A stretch of DNA of 64,000 bases from Oligoflexia bacterium (GTDB lineage: Bacteria; Bdellovibrionota; Bdellovibrionia; JABDDW01), in NCBI GenBank assembly GCA_023250675.1, contig JAHFAE010000003.1:4311-68310 (forward strand), given 5' to 3'. The position numbers and the translations under genes were made by a program. Of the stretch, positions 16,549-27,464 are shown one piece after another. The first letter of the stretch is position 1. The number at the start of each line of letters is the position of its first letter. The notes under the pieces were generated by a model. That model saw nothing but the letters and a program-made list of their open reading frames with translations. It had not been told where the DNA came from and searched no databases.

Positions 16549-17512
16549 CCTTAAGAAAAAATTCGCAAACCTCATCAAAACAAACGACAAATTCTTAGTC
16601 TCAGGTCATCAAGGACCCGATGGAGATGTTATCGGTTCCACCTTGGCCATGACCTTGGGCCTTAAAAAACTTGGTAAAAGGGCCTTGGCCTATAATTCTG
16701 ATGGCTGTCCGCAATTCTTAAAGTTTCTTCCAAAATCAGAAACTGTGGTCAGTGAAATTCCAAAATATTTTTTAGACGCCATTTTGATTACTGTGGATTC
16801 AGGCGATCTTCAAAGGCTCGGGCCCACAATTGAAAATTTTGGCTTTAGAGAAATTTGGAATGTGGATCATCACCAAAGTAACACACGATTCGGCAAACAT
16901 AATTTTATCGATGTCAAAGCAGGTAGTACGGGTCAAGTTGTGATGGAGCTTTTGGAGAGTTGTCGCGGATTTAAATTAACAAAAGAAATAGCAAACTCTA
17001 TATTTTGCACGCTAAGTACCGACACAGGAAGTTTTAGGTACAGCAATGCGACGACTGAAGTATTTGAATTAGCCTCAAAATTAGTTCAAAATGGCGCGCG
17101 ACCTGAACTTATTAGTGAAGCTCTCTATGAAACTTACCCTCAGCGACGTCTTGTTCTGATGCATAAAGTTTTGGGTACAATGAAGTTTGAACAAAACGGT
17201 CAATTGGCTAAAATGTTTCTTACCCAGGCTGATCTCGATGAGGCAGGAGCTTTGGGAGAGGACTCTGATGAGTTTGTTAATTTGCCTAGGGGTGTAGTAG
17301 GTGTAAAAGTGGTTTGTTTTGTGAAAGAAAAATCTCCTGATCAATGGAAGATTTCTCTGAGATCCCGAGGAAATCTAAATGTTCTTCCTGTGGCCCAAGC
17401 TTTTGGCGGCGGTGGCCATAAGTTAGCAGCCGGTTGTACAATCAGCGGATCGAAGAATGAAATAGAGAAGAAACTTGATCAAGAATTAACCAAACACGGT
17501 TATTTCTCATGA
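16535..17512 (+). CDS. nrnA: DHH family phosphoesterase (NrnA-like)
   Basis: H.GPDGD, DHH, DTGSF, GGGGHKLAAG. Confidence 0.9.
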   Translation: MLKPDLKKKFANLIKTNDKFLVSGHQGPDGDVIGSTLAMTLGLKKLGKRALAYNSDGCPQFLKFLPKSETVVSEIPKYFLDAILITVDSGDLQRLGPTIENFGFREIWNVDHHQSNTRFGKHNFIDVKAGSTGQVVMELLESCRGFKLTKEIANSIFCTLSTDTGSFRYSNATTEVFELASKLVQNGARPELISEALYETYPQRRLVLMHKVLGTMKFEQNGQLAKMFLTQADLDEAGALGEDSDEFVNLPRGVVGVKVVCFVKEKSPDQWKISLRSRGNLNVLPVAQAFGGGGHKLAAGCTISGSKNEIEKKLDQELTKHGYFS

Positions 17513-18405
17513 ACAGTCTCAATGGTGTTGTTTTAGTTGATAAACCCAGCGGAATGACAAGTCACGATGTGGTTGAAGATTTGAGGCGCATCCTTAAAAT
17601 TCAAGCGGTTGGTCATGCGGGCACTCTTGACCCCTTAGCGACAGGCCTTTTGGTTTGTCTTGTCGGTGAAGCCACAAAACTGAGTCAGTACGTGATGAAT
17701 GAAGAAAAATCTTATCGAGTTGGTTTGAGATTCGGTATTCGTACGGACTCAGGGGATATTACAGGTAAAGTCATGGCAGAGTGTGATGCGGGAAGCATTG
17801 AGATTCCAGATTTGAAAATTAAGATTGACCAACTCGTGGGTGAGATTTCGCTTCTTGTTCCCAAGTACTCGGCGGTTAAAGTCGGGGGACGAAAGCTTTA
17901 TGAATATGCTCGAAAAAATGAAGATGTAGAAGTTCCTAAAAAGATAATGACCATCCATCGTGCCCAACTCTTAGAATATTCCCAAGGCCAAGCTCTTATA
18001 GATATTGATTGTGAAAAGGGCACCTATGTTCGTTCGTGGGTTGAAAAATTAGGAGAAAATTTGGGTGTAGGAGCAACCGTTACGAGCCTTAGACGATTAA
18101 CCTCTGGGGCTTTTAAAGTTGAACAAAGTCAAACAGTTAGCGAGATTTCCGAGAAACTAAATGAGGGAGATGGCCCCTTGGTTCCTATGGAGGACGTCTT
18201 AGGAGCTTGGCCGGCGCTAATGGTATTTAACCGAGATCAAACTTTATTAAAAAATGGCCAAATTCCACGAGGAATATTTGGTCAAATTTCTCAAATCGAT
18301 GTGAAGCACGGGATTCGTTTACTTGATGATCAAGGGCAGCTTTTGGCGCTTGTGGTCAGGGATGATGAAAAAGGAATTAAACTTGCGAGGGTCTTTAAAA
18401 ATTGA
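17509..18405 (+). CDS. truB: tRNA pseudouridine(55) synthase
   Basis: DKPSGMTSHD, GHAGTLDPLATG, GTYVRS. Confidence 0.96.
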   Translation: MNSLNGVVLVDKPSGMTSHDVVEDLRRILKIQAVGHAGTLDPLATGLLVCLVGEATKLSQYVMNEEKSYRVGLRFGIRTDSGDITGKVMAECDAGSIEIPDLKIKIDQLVGEISLLVPKYSAVKVGGRKLYEYARKNEDVEVPKKIMTIHRAQLLEYSQGQALIDIDCEKGTYVRSWVEKLGENLGVGATVTSLRRLTSGAFKVEQSQTVSEISEKLNEGDGPLVPMEDVLGAWPALMVFNRDQTLLKNGQIPRGIFGQISQIDVKHGIRLLDDQGQLLALVVRDDEKGIKLARVFKN

Positions 18406-18469
18406 TAACAACACGTTCTCTAGTTGGTTCGCTTTGCCGCCGGCCAAACTGGATTAAGGAGTAGATCAT

Positions 18470-18739
18470 ATGGCAATAGATAAAGAGTTAAAGCAATCCA
18501 CAATCAAAAAGCATCGTCGAAGCGAACTGGACACGGGTAGTCCCGAAGTTCAAATAGCTTTGCTGACGAATCGAATCAATGATTTGACGGGCCACTTCAA
18601 AACCCATGTCAAGGATACTCATTCTCGCCGTGGTCTTTTAAAAATGGTTGGTCAACGTCGACGCCTTTTGGAATACCTTAAGCGACGCGATACAAGTAAA
18701 TACAAATCGCTGATCGAAGACCTAGGTATTCGTAAATAA
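18470..18739 (+). CDS. rpsO: 30S ribosomal protein S15
   Basis: [13 protein letters not shown]...[16 protein letters not shown]. Confidence 0.98.
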   Translation: MAIDKELKQSTIKKHRRSELDTGSPEVQIALLTNRINDLTGHFKTHVKDTHSRRGLLKMVGQRRRLLEYLKRRDTSKYKSLIEDLGIRK

Positions 18740-18799
18740 TTAATCTTTGTCGTGTCACAAACAAGTGCAGACGTCAATTTTAGATAAAGGGAGGCCATT

Positions 18800-20926
18800 A
18801 TGGCCCAACATCCGAGTTGGAAAGTAGTTAAAGAAACATTTAATTTTGGAGACAAAGCAATCACTCTAGAAACTGGCAGGCTTGCAAAACAAGCAGATGG
18901 CGCGGTTTTAGTGTCGTGCAATGAAACAACTGTTTTAGTAACAGTGGTATCTGATCGTGAAGCCAAGCCGGGCCGAGACTTTTTTCCGCTTACCGTCGAG
19001 TACCAAGAAAAATATTATGCTTCAGGCAAGATTCCCGGCGGATTTTTTAAAAGAGAAGCCAAACCATCGACTGATGCGACTTTGACTGCACGCCTTACTG
19101 ATAGACCGCTGCGGCCCTTGTTCCCCAGTGGGTATATGAACGATACTCAAATTGTTGCCACAGTACTTAGCGCAGATAACACAGTTGAACCTGGAATTTT
19201 GGCGGGTATTGGAGCCTCTGCGGCTCTTCATATTAGTGATATTCCTTTTGGTGGTCCCATTGCCACATGCCAAGTGGCCCGTGTTGATGGAAAATTCATC
19301 GCTATACCGAGCAGAGAACAAATTGAAAATGGGGATCTTGAACTCATCGTCGCCGGAAGTAAAACTGCCGTTCTCATGGTTGAGGGTGGTGCAAAGTTTA
19401 TTTCAGAAGCTGATATGCTCGAGTCTATAAAATTTGGTCATGAGACATTACAGGCTGCTATCTCTGCTCAAGATCGGCTTCGAAAATCTGTTGGTAAAAC
19501 AAAAAGAGAATTTGTGCCCGCTGAAACAGATTCAGCGTTTAGAAAAGAAGTGGAATCCTTTTTAAAGCCAAGAATTCGTGAAGCACTTCTTATTAAAGAA
19601 AAACTTGCCCGCTATCAAGGATTTGACGAAGCAAAGACCCAAGCAAAAGAGCGGTTTTTAACTGATGGCTCCATGGCCCCTGAACTCTTAGAGCAAAGAA
19701 AAAAGGAATTAGGGAATATTGTCGAGGATGTGAAATACACTGTTTCAAGAGAGATGATTATTAAAGAAAAACATCGTATTGATGGGCGCTCCACTACAGA
19801 CATTCGACCCATAACCTGTGAAGTGGGGCTGTTGCCACGGGCGCATGGTTCAGGCCTTTTTACTCGTGGTGAGACTCAAGTATTAGGCGCAGTGACTCTT
19901 GGTACTAGCGATGATGAACAGCTTATTGATTCTGTTGCGGGCAACTACTACAAAAGATTTATTTTGCACTATAACTTCCCTCCCTATAGCGTTGGCGAAA
20001 CAGGACGAATTGGATCCACAGGCCGACGTGAAATTGGCCATGGTGCACTTGCTGAAAGAGCATTGAGAGTCATCATGCCTGATCATTCCAAATTTCCTTA
20101 TACGGTTAGAATAGTTGGCGAAGTATTTGAATCCAACGGCTCTTCGTCGATGGGCACCATTTGCTCAGGCTGTTTAGGAATGATGGATGCAGGAATTCCT
20201 GTTATTGAACCCGTCGCTGGAATCGCCATGGGATTAATTAAAGAAGGAAACGACGTCGCTATTCTCTCAGATATATTGGGTGACGAAGATCACCTCGGAG
20301 ATATGGATTTTAAAGTAGCCGGTGGAAAATCAGGTATTACCGCCTTTCAAATGGACATCAAAATTGATGGTGTAACCTTCGACATTATGAAAACGGCATT
20401 GGCCCAAGCAGCTCAAGGGAGAGCCCATATTTTGGCTGAGATGAATAAGGTATTAAGTGAACCGCGAAATGACATTAGTCGTTATGCTCCAAGAATTGAA
20501 ACCATTCAAATTAAGCCAGATAAAGTCAGAGAAGTTATCGGCCCCGGAGGCAAAATGATTAAATCAATCATAGAGGCCACCGGTGTTAAAATTGACATCG
20601 AAGATGATGGCAAAATTCATATTGCCACCAGCGATCCTGAGGCAGCTAAAAAAGCCATCTTGATGATTAAAAATATTTGTGCCGAAGCTGAGGTTGGCAA
20701 AACTTACCACGGTAAAGTTAAAAAGATTATGGATTTTGGGGCTTTTGTTGAGATCTTACCAGGCACGGATGGACTCCTTCATATTTCTGAAATTGCCCAT
20801 GATCGAATTCGAGCTGTAGGTGATGTTTTAAAAGAAGGAGATGAATTGGACGTGCAAGTTTTAGACGTAGATCGAGCCGGCAAGATTAAATTGTCCCGAA
20901 AAATTCTTTTGGCTAAATCTCCCTAA
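18800..20926 (+). CDS. pnp: Polynucleotide phosphorylase
   Basis: [34 protein letters not shown] and S1 domains. Confidence 0.98.
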   Translation: MAQHPSWKVVKETFNFGDKAITLETGRLAKQADGAVLVSCNETTVLVTVVSDREAKPGRDFFPLTVEYQEKYYASGKIPGGFFKREAKPSTDATLTARLTDRPLRPLFPSGYMNDTQIVATVLSADNTVEPGILAGIGASAALHISDIPFGGPIATCQVARVDGKFIAIPSREQIENGDLELIVAGSKTAVLMVEGGAKFISEADMLESIKFGHETLQAAISAQDRLRKSVGKTKREFVPAETDSAFRKEVESFLKPRIREALLIKEKLARYQGFDEAKTQAKERFLTDGSMAPELLEQRKKELGNIVEDVKYTVSREMIIKEKHRIDGRSTTDIRPITCEVGLLPRAHGSGLFTRGETQVLGAVTLGTSDDEQLIDSVAGNYYKRFILHYNFPPYSVGETGRIGSTGRREIGHGALAERALRVIMPDHSKFPYTVRIVGEVFESNGSSSMGTICSGCLGMMDAGIPVIEPVAGIAMGLIKEGNDVAILSDILGDEDHLGDMDFKVAGGKSGITAFQMDIKIDGVTFDIMKTALAQAAQGRAHILAEMNKVLSEPRNDISRYAPRIETIQIKPDKVREVIGPGGKMIKSIIEATGVKIDIEDDGKIHIATSDPEAAKKAILMIKNICAEAEVGKTYHGKVKKIMDFGAFVEILPGTDGLLHISEIAHDRIRAVGDVLKEGDELDVQVLDVDRAGKIKLSRKILLAKSP

Positions 20927-20931
20927 CTTCT

Positions 20932-22185
20932 ATGTTTCGAAAAACCGTTTTAGATTCAGGAATAACGGTTGTAACTGAAAATCATGAGCATCAACGAGCT
21001 GTCTGCGTTGGTGCTTTTATTTTAACGGGTACCCGCGACGAGGATTCAAAGCACATTGGGATCACTCACTTCGTCGAGCACATGATTTTTAAGGGGACAA
21101 AAAATAGAAATGCGTCAGAGATTTCTCGATCTTTAGAGTGTGTGGGGGGTGAACTCAATGCTTACACAACCCGGGAGTACACTTGTATTCATGCCCTTTC
21201 TCTCAAAGAAGATCTCAATTTGGACATTGACGTCATCGGCGATCTCATTTGCAATGCCCGTTTTTCACCGTTGGAATTTGAAAGAGAAAAAAAAGTCATC
21301 TTGCAAGAAGTGGGAATGACCGAAGACACTCCTGAAGAGTTTATTTTTGATTTATTTTTTGAGCGAATCTATGGGAAGTCTTCTTTGGGTTGGCCCATTT
21401 TAGGATCAGCAAAAAGTCTTGACCAAATCGCGCGGGGTGATTTGATCAAATATTATAAAGAGGGTTATTTAAAAGGAAATATTATTGTTGCAGCGGCGGG
21501 CTGCCTTGACCACGAGGAGGTTGTAGCTGGAGTTAAGCGAGCCTTTAAGCTGAAGAAAAAATCTCTAAATAAAATGGAGCGTAAGGTACCCGAGTGGATT
21601 ACAACTAGGGAAGTTGTTCAAAAAGAGGGTGAACAAACCCACATTGTGGTCGGGTTTGAAGGCCTAAGCTACGTTGAACCGAGACGATTTGATTCATTTG
21701 TTTTAAATGCCTGGCTCGGTGGAGGAATGAGTTCAAAACTTTACCAGTCCATACGTGAAAAGAAAGGTCTAGCCTATACGGTTTACTCTAATCTTACCTA
21801 ATTCACTGATTGTGGCGCTCTCACTGTCTATGTGGGTACCGATGAGAAGAGCGCCCCGCAGGTCATCGATGCAGTTTATCGCGACGTCAAAGAATTAAAG
21901 AAAAAGAATTTAGATTCTGACTCGCTTCACCTTTTTAAACAGCAGGTTCGTGGTGGAGTTTTGCTCGCCGCAGATGATATGGAAAGCCGTATGACGTCGT
22001 TAGGCGTTAATGAAATGAACTTTGGAGATTATGTTTCAGTAGAATCAGTTGTTGAGTCGATTGAAAAAGTCAAAGCCGCTGATGTTCGAGATTTGGCCAA
22101 TGAGTTATTAACCCATGATAAAATGGCTGTGCTTGTGATGGGCGAAGTAAATGTGAACAAGATGAAAAAACTGATTGCGGGCTAA
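20932..22185 (+). pseudogene. M16 family zinc peptidase interrupted by a single in-frame TAA (21799-21801)
   Basis: HFVEH inverzincin motif. The frame continues after TAA (FTDCGALTVYVGT) into the 21832 ORF. Either a pseudogene or a base-call error. Confidence 0.8.
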
Positions 22186-22195
22186 TATTTAGAAC

Positions 22196-22663
22196 ATGGA
22201 AAAGATTCGGATTAAAATAAGAAAACTTCATTCTGCTTTGGAATCCATTCCTACTTACCAATCTGATGAAGCCTGTGGTGCTGATGTTTGTGCTTTTTGG
22301 GATGGCAGTAGTGGGTCGATTGCGTTGAAGCCCAATGAAAGAATGTTGATTCCCACAGGCTTATCTTTTGAAATTCCAAAAGGATATGAAATTCAAGTGA
22401 GGCCTCGAAGTGGATTAGCGGTGAAATCTGGCATTACGATTCTAAATTCTCCTGGGACCATTGATAGTGATTATCGAGGTGAGTTACAACTCATTGTCAT
22501 TAACTTAAGTGATAAAGAATTTATTATTAAAAATGGAGATCGTCTAGCTCAACTGGTCGTGGCTCCTGTCATAAGAGCCGAATTTATTGAATCCCAAGAG
22601 CTGGCAGTTTCGAACAGAGGAAGCGCCGGATTCGGTAGTACCGGGTTAGATAAAAATATATGA
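22196..22663 (+). CDS. dut: dUTP diphosphatase
   Basis: RPRSGLA, GTIDSDYRG, RGSAGFGSTG. Confidence 0.96.
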   Translation: MEKIRIKIRKLHSALESIPTYQSDEACGADVCAFWDGSSGSIALKPNERMLIPTGLSFEIPKGYEIQVRPRSGLAVKSGITILNSPGTIDSDYRGELQLIVINLSDKEFIIKNGDRLAQLVVAPVIRAEFIESQELAVSNRGSAGFGSTGLDKNI

Positions 22664-22740
22664 AAATTTTCTAGAAAGCAAAAGCAAATCCTGACCAATT
22701 ATCAAACCTAACATCGTCTCCAAATTTCGAAATATTTAGT

Positions 22741-23406
22741 TTACTGAGATCCGTGTTCTAATTCTTTATGAATTTGATCAAGACTTGCAGGTGTGTAGTC
22801 TTGAACTTTAATGTGGTTAGAAGTGATGTCCATAATTATTCCGTAAAACCAAATAAGAATCACAAATCCACTGGCTGCACCCACCATTTGGAATACTTTT
22901 TTCTTATCTAAGAGAAAATTTTCGACTAAACCCGTGACTAAGAGCCCCGCTGAAATAACTATACCTAATAAACTAATAAAATTTACGGGTCTCGCCAATG
23001 GCGAAATAATTTCTAAAATTTCTGAAGGTATGAGAGCCATAACAGCTACGATAAATAATTTTCTAAATTCTAGTTCAGTTTTTAGCCAAAAAAGGCAGGT
23101 GTAATAGAAAAACCCGGCTAATATAAATGTGACGGCGAGGCCTCGAACGGGGCCGATAATAACACCGCCAATAACACTTAAGAAATTTCTAGAAACAATT
23201 CCACCTAGAACACTTGATCCGCCCGCCAATACCACTTCTAACATTATTACGGCCGGCCAATCCCATGATGGGACAGATTTCATGGATTCAAAAGGGTGTT
23301 TCAAAAAGCTAGGTAAAAAGAAAATTACTTCTTTTAGCCTGGCTTTGAGGTCTTCGGCACTAAGATTAAAGGCCCATCGGGGAGTCTGAGGAGGTATATT
23401 GCTCAT
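22741..23406 (-). CDS. YIP1-like multi-pass membrane protein
   Basis: About 5 TM helices after FLKHP; likely start MSNIPP at 23406. Confidence 0.5.
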   Translation of the reverse strand: MSNIPPQTPRWAFNLSAEDLKARLKEVIFFLPSFLKHPFESMKSVPSWDWPAVIMLEVVLAGGSSVLGGIVSRNFLSVIGGVIIGPVRGLAVTFILAGFFYYTCLFWLKTELEFRKLFIVAVMALIPSEILEIISPLARPVNFISLLGIVISAGLLVTGLVENFLLDKKKVFQMVGAASGFVILIWFYGIIMDITSNHIKVQDYTPASLDQIHKELEHGSQ

Positions 23407-23410
23407 GTTG

Positions 23411-24205
23411 TCATTGTGATGTCTTGAGAGCGTGTTCTGCAAGAAAAATGCAATGTTCTAAAAAGGTTTCGTGGGCTGTTTTTTCGTTTGCCGGCCAAGG
23501 TTTTCTCCCTACAACTTGAAGGTGATCGCCAGGAAATTCGCACCAAATACTTCCAATGCTTTTTGCGATGCGTTGGGAAGCCAAGGGTACGAGGCCGTCA
23601 TTTTCTGTAGGCAATTTCATTTTTCTCAAAATTCTAGTGAGCAAACGATGTTGCAACGCCACTTTTCGGGCTCTTGGAATATCTAAACGAGGATTACTTA
23701 TGATCGCTGTGACTAAAACGTCGGTCGGTTTAACAAAATTATTTAATGCGCGGGTTGCGGACTCTTTGGTCAGAGTTTCGTTGATACTCGCAAAGAGATT
23801 TAGGCCTAGCTTTCGTCCTTTGGCGCCATAATCTGCCCACGGGGTACCGCCGAAAACGGGACTCACCAGTGTGACACTTGAAATACGTCCCTTAAGATGG
23901 GGGCGACACATGAGTTCCAAAGAATTTACAGTGGCAAGGGAATGAGCAATTATGTGTATTTTCTTATGTACATTTAATATTTCAGTGAGCTGATCTTCGA
24001 ATTGTATTATACGAACTTTGTTTGGTCCTCTCCAATTGGATTTTAGTTCGTAAGTGAGAAACCCTTGGTCTTTGAGATATTCAGGAATTCCGTGCCAATA
24101 ATCTCGAAAATGAAAGATGCTCTTTAAGCCATGAAGAAAACAAATGGGGTAGGGGGAGATAAGGTAGTTATGTCTTTCCGATGATCGGGGAATTTGACGC
24201 ATCAA
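23411..24205 (-). CDS. Alpha/beta hydrolase (lipase/esterase-like)
   Basis: FLHGL oxyanion motif, AHSLA nucleophile elbow, NDGLV, GDH. Confidence 0.75.
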   Translation of the reverse strand: MMRQIPRSSERHNYLISPYPICFLHGLKSIFHFRDYWHGIPEYLKDQGFLTYELKSNWRGPNKVRIIQFEDQLTEILNVHKKIHIIAHSLATVNSLELMCRPHLKGRISSVTLVSPVFGGTPWADYGAKGRKLGLNLFASINETLTKESATRALNNFVKPTDVLVTAIISNPRLDIPRARKVALQHRLLTRILRKMKLPTENDGLVPLASQRIAKSIGSIWCEFPGDHLQVVGRKPWPANEKTAHETFLEHCIFLAEHALKTSQ

Positions 24206-24843
24206 AAATGACCAGTAAATTTCATTCCCAAATCCATACTTGTTGGGTCATCCCCAGACGCCATTGGCAAGTGGTTGGTCAATTCAATGCCGGCGCTGGC
24301 TTGACCGGTAATCCAATATTCACCACCAAAAGCTAAAACTGTGCAGGCACTATTGAATGATTGATCAGGGGAACCTGCGATTTTAACTGAATAGGATCTG
24401 CTTCCCACTCCCAAACCGCCGTGTAAAGTAAGAGCCGTCAATATGGGTTTGTCGTAGAGCAGGCGAAGTTCAAATCCACTCGAGGCAAGACGTGAGCGAC
24501 CCATATTAGATTCGGGGTATCCCACGACATGACCTTCTGCAATCCAATTCTCTGAAAAAAGATCAGCTCCGAAATTAAGGTCAAATCCCTTAATTCCGCC
24601 GCGCTCTCTGATTCCTGGTGAAATCTGAAAGTCTTGAAACGAATTTAATAGGGCAACTCCAGCGTGAAGTCTCACTTCGTCAAATATGGAGAGCTCGTCT
24701 TGAGAATTTTCATAGGAAACCCCAGGATATGGTATCCTTAAATCGTCATAACCTGAATATGGTGCCCCGAAGCCCCACGACGATGTGAAAATGAGCGCGA
24801 ACGAAAAAAATATTCGATGGCAAGCCTTGGATCCTGTCAACAT
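24202..24843 (-). CDS. Small outer-membrane beta-barrel protein
   Basis: Signal peptide, amphipathic strands, terminal Phe (FTGHF). Confidence 0.55.
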   Translation of the reverse strand: MLTGSKACHRIFFSFALIFTSSWGFGAPYSGYDDLRIPYPGVSYENSQDELSIFDEVRLHAGVALLNSFQDFQISPGIRERGGIKGFDLNFGADLFSENWIAEGHVVGYPESNMGRSRLASSGFELRLLYDKPILTALTLHGGLGVGSRSYSVKIAGSPDQSFNSACTVLAFGGEYWITGQASAGIELTNHLPMASGDDPTSMDLGMKFTGHF

Positions 24844-24942
24844 TTTCCCACCCCCAACTAAATTTTAACTCAATATGATAGACTCTGCCCCGTCAAAAAT
24901 CTGACTTTTCATTGATCACAATGAATTAGATAATGATGACTG

Positions 24943-25356
24943 ATGATCACTGTGAAATCAGAATGCTATTGCGCCCTTTGCCGAAACAAAAGAACGGTTT
25001 ATGCGAAACGGTCCTTAAGTCTAGTTAACTATTTGTTGGCTGCCGCCTTTACCGTAGCTTTAACTTGGTTGCTTTGGCATCAAGCCGATGCAAGGGGGCT
25101 TCTAATCTATATTGGGGCCATCGCAATCGCCGAGATTTTCATTTTGCTTCGAAGGAGAACGGGTTTGGCTTGCCCTCATTGTGGATTTGACCCAGTTTTG
25201 TATTCCCGAAATCAAGCCACCGCCCGTGATTTAGTAATTAAACACCTTGAAACTCGACAAGAAGATCCCAATGTATGGCTCGCCCGGCGGCCACCCATTC
25301 GGGGAGCTTCGAGAAGAAAGAAAAACAAAGATTCCACAAGAGAAATCATAGTATAA
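24943..25356 (+). CDS. Hypothetical membrane protein with two Cys knuckles
   Basis: CYCALC, two TM helices, CPHCGFDP. Confidence 0.6.
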   Translation: MITVKSECYCALCRNKRTVYAKRSLSLVNYLLAAAFTVALTWLLWHQADARGLLIYIGAIAIAEIFILLRRRTGLACPHCGFDPVLYSRNQATARDLVIKHLETRQEDPNVWLARRPPIRGASRRKKNKDSTREIIV

Positions 25357-25364
25357 CACGTTTC

Positions 25365-26603
25365 ATGGGATATTGGTTAGCTGGAATTATTTTCTTCTTC
25401 ATTACCTTCGGTCCACGTTTTTACTCATTCATGAACTATGGATTCGGATTTTCAGATTTGGGTCTCTATTCCCAATTTTTGGCCGCGCTTTCTCATAACA
25501 ATTTTAATCCCTTCATCCCCTCTTGGGGAAAGGAGTTTTTTAAAATTAAATCTCAACCAATTTTAGTTTTGCTCTACCCCTTGAGTAAGTTTTCAATTTC
25601 TCCCGTTTGTTTTTTATTTCTAGATGAAATTTCAATATTCATGACTGCCGCAGTTTGCGCTCGGCACTCCAAAAAATCGGGACATCCTCAAGTTTTTAAT
25701 TACGCTTTATTTTTTGCAGTCCTATTTTCTCAGAGTTATTTTTCGGTCCTTCATGGGGCTGCTCGAATGACTCTTTGGGCACAGATCCCTCTGGCTCTTT
25801 TGGTGAGTGAATTTTTTTTAAAAAGAAGAATATTGTTTTTGTTCACGTTTTCAACTCTTCTTATCGCATTGGATCTCAATTTTTGGATTCTAGGTGTTGC
25901 GTTGGGAGTTATGTCGCTTATCACGAGATCAAATCGCTGGAACTTTAAAGCTAGAGTTTTAACATCCGCCCCAATCCTAGTGCCTTCTATTTTGGGATTT
26001 TTAGCAAGTGGAGGGTTTATTTTTGACAGGGAACTCTTTTTTCAAATCCACCAAGACAATTTATTAAACTGGTTTATCGGGTTTTGGTTTTTGCCACTGC
26101 TTTGCCCAGAGATGCTAATAGCGGCATTTTTGGCATTAGGGGTTCGGTTGAGTTCAAGTTTTCATGATCCGAGTATTCTAATACCATTGGGGGCTATAGG
26201 CAGTTCTATGGTTTTGGTAAGACTGAAAATTCGTGACGACTGGCTTGTTAAGTTATTTAGTTCAGGCCTTGTGGCCACGGCAATTTATCTCAATTTGATT
26301 TCAAGTGATCCTTTTTTTAGCTTTTGGAAAAATGATCGTTGGATCGTTACAGAAAACTCTACGGCCATATCTAATATGGTAGCAAAAATTTCCCCCCAGA
26401 ATTCTGTAGCTGCGAACGATTTCATTTCACCCCATTTAGCTTTTACCAAATATATGATTTCATTGGGAGCAACGGGGCCGGGGTCCCCGGTTGACTATGT
26501 CTTGAGCGTGCATGAGTCAACTCATTATGATAGAGATCCTCGATACACGTTGGTAGAAAGCCATAGTTCTAGTGGTGCTAGACTTTTACATAAAATTAAG
26601 TAA
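25365..26603 (+). CDS. DUF2079-like membrane protein (GT-C type)
   Basis: DLGLYSQ motif, many TM segments, PQNSVAA...PHLA; next to a polyprenol-sugar synthase. Confidence 0.55.
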   Translation: MGYWLAGIIFFFITFGPRFYSFMNYGFGFSDLGLYSQFLAALSHNNFNPFIPSWGKEFFKIKSQPILVLLYPLSKFSISPVCFLFLDEISIFMTAAVCARHSKKSGHPQVFNYALFFAVLFSQSYFSVLHGAARMTLWAQIPLALLVSEFFLKRRILFLFTFSTLLIALDLNFWILGVALGVMSLITRSNRWNFKARVLTSAPILVPSILGFLASGGFIFDRELFFQIHQDNLLNWFIGFWFLPLLCPEMLIAAFLALGVRLSSSFHDPSILIPLGAIGSSMVLVRLKIRDDWLVKLFSSGLVATAIYLNLISSDPFFSFWKNDRWIVTENSTAISNMVAKISPQNSVAANDFISPHLAFTKYMISLGATGPGSPVDYVLSVHESTHYDRDPRYTLVESHSSSGARLLHKIK

Positions 26604-26617
26604 TTAATATCTATTAT

Positions 26618-27367
26618 ATGAAGAAACTCATCGTAATTCCCACCTATAACGAACGCGCCAACATCATTGAACTTATGAAAGCCATTTTTCTGATTGTGCC
26701 CGATACGAGTATATTAGTCGTTGATGACGGGAGCCCTGATGAAACGGCTACAGCGGTTTTGGAGTTTAACAAGATTGAAAAGCGAACTTTTCTGTTGCAA
26801 CGTACAGAAAAAAAGGGCCTTGGCCCTGCCTATGTGGCGGGATTTAATTGGGGATTAGAACGGGGTTACGAATTTATTTCTGAAATGGATGCCGACTGGA
26901 GCCATCCCCCTCGTTTTTTGAAAGCCATGCACGAGATGGCTGTGAATTGCGATTTTGTCGTAGGCTCTCGTTATGTTAAGGGTGGTGGATCTATTAATTG
27001 GAGTTTTTTTAGAAAACTTATTTCTCGGTTTGGAAGTCTTTATTCCCAAATTATTTTAGGTGTTCCCATCAATGACTTTACCGGTGGGTTCAACGGATGG
27101 CATGCCAAAGTTTTGCAAGCTGTGGATTTATCTTCTATTGCCTCTGATGGTTACAGTTTTCAAATTGAATTGAAGTATCGCGCTGCCAAACTTGGTTTTT
27201 CATTCAAAGAATTTCCGATAATTTTTGAAGAGCGTCGAGAAGGTCAGAGCAAAATGTCTTCGGCCATTGTTCGCGAAGCAATTTGGAAGGTTTGGGCCAT
27301 TCGGCTGAATCAAATAAATAGGCAAGACGACGTCGCTTCAAAATCTTTGGGCGGTAAATCCAACTAA
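26618..27367 (+). CDS. Polyprenol monophosphomannose synthase-like GT2
   Basis: IPTYNE, VDDGSPD, MDADWSH, GSRY, GYSFQIE. Confidence 0.9.
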   Translation: MKKLIVIPTYNERANIIELMKAIFLIVPDTSILVVDDGSPDETATAVLEFNKIEKRTFLLQRTEKKGLGPAYVAGFNWGLERGYEFISEMDADWSHPPRFLKAMHEMAVNCDFVVGSRYVKGGGSINWSFFRKLISRFGSLYSQIILGVPINDFTGGFNGWHAKVLQAVDLSSIASDGYSFQIELKYRAAKLGFSFKEFPIIFEERREGQSKMSSAIVREAIWKVWAIRLNQINRQDDVASKSLGGKSN

Positions 27368-27409
27368 TTTTTTTCTCAAATGTTAGGAAGTAGTGCCGCA
27401 TAAGGTAAA

Positions 27410-27464
27410 AGGTGCCTGGCACCCTGGGATACCCTTATATTTGCGGAAAAACCGCCAGGCACCT
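27410..27464. repeat. REP-like inverted repeat between convergent genes
   Basis: AGGTGCCTGGC (27410-27420) pairs with GCCAGGCACCT (27454-27464); GGTGCCTGGCACC is itself a palindrome. Confidence 0.6.

Noticed and set aside
11923..20086. Many antisense and alternate-frame ORFs within nusA, infB and pnp (and similarly within rpsA and the gsp genes)
   Set aside because: Shadow ORFs of conserved coding genes.
21799..21801. Alternative genetic code or programmed TAA readthrough
   Set aside because: TAA ends many genes in this window and no other internal stops were seen.
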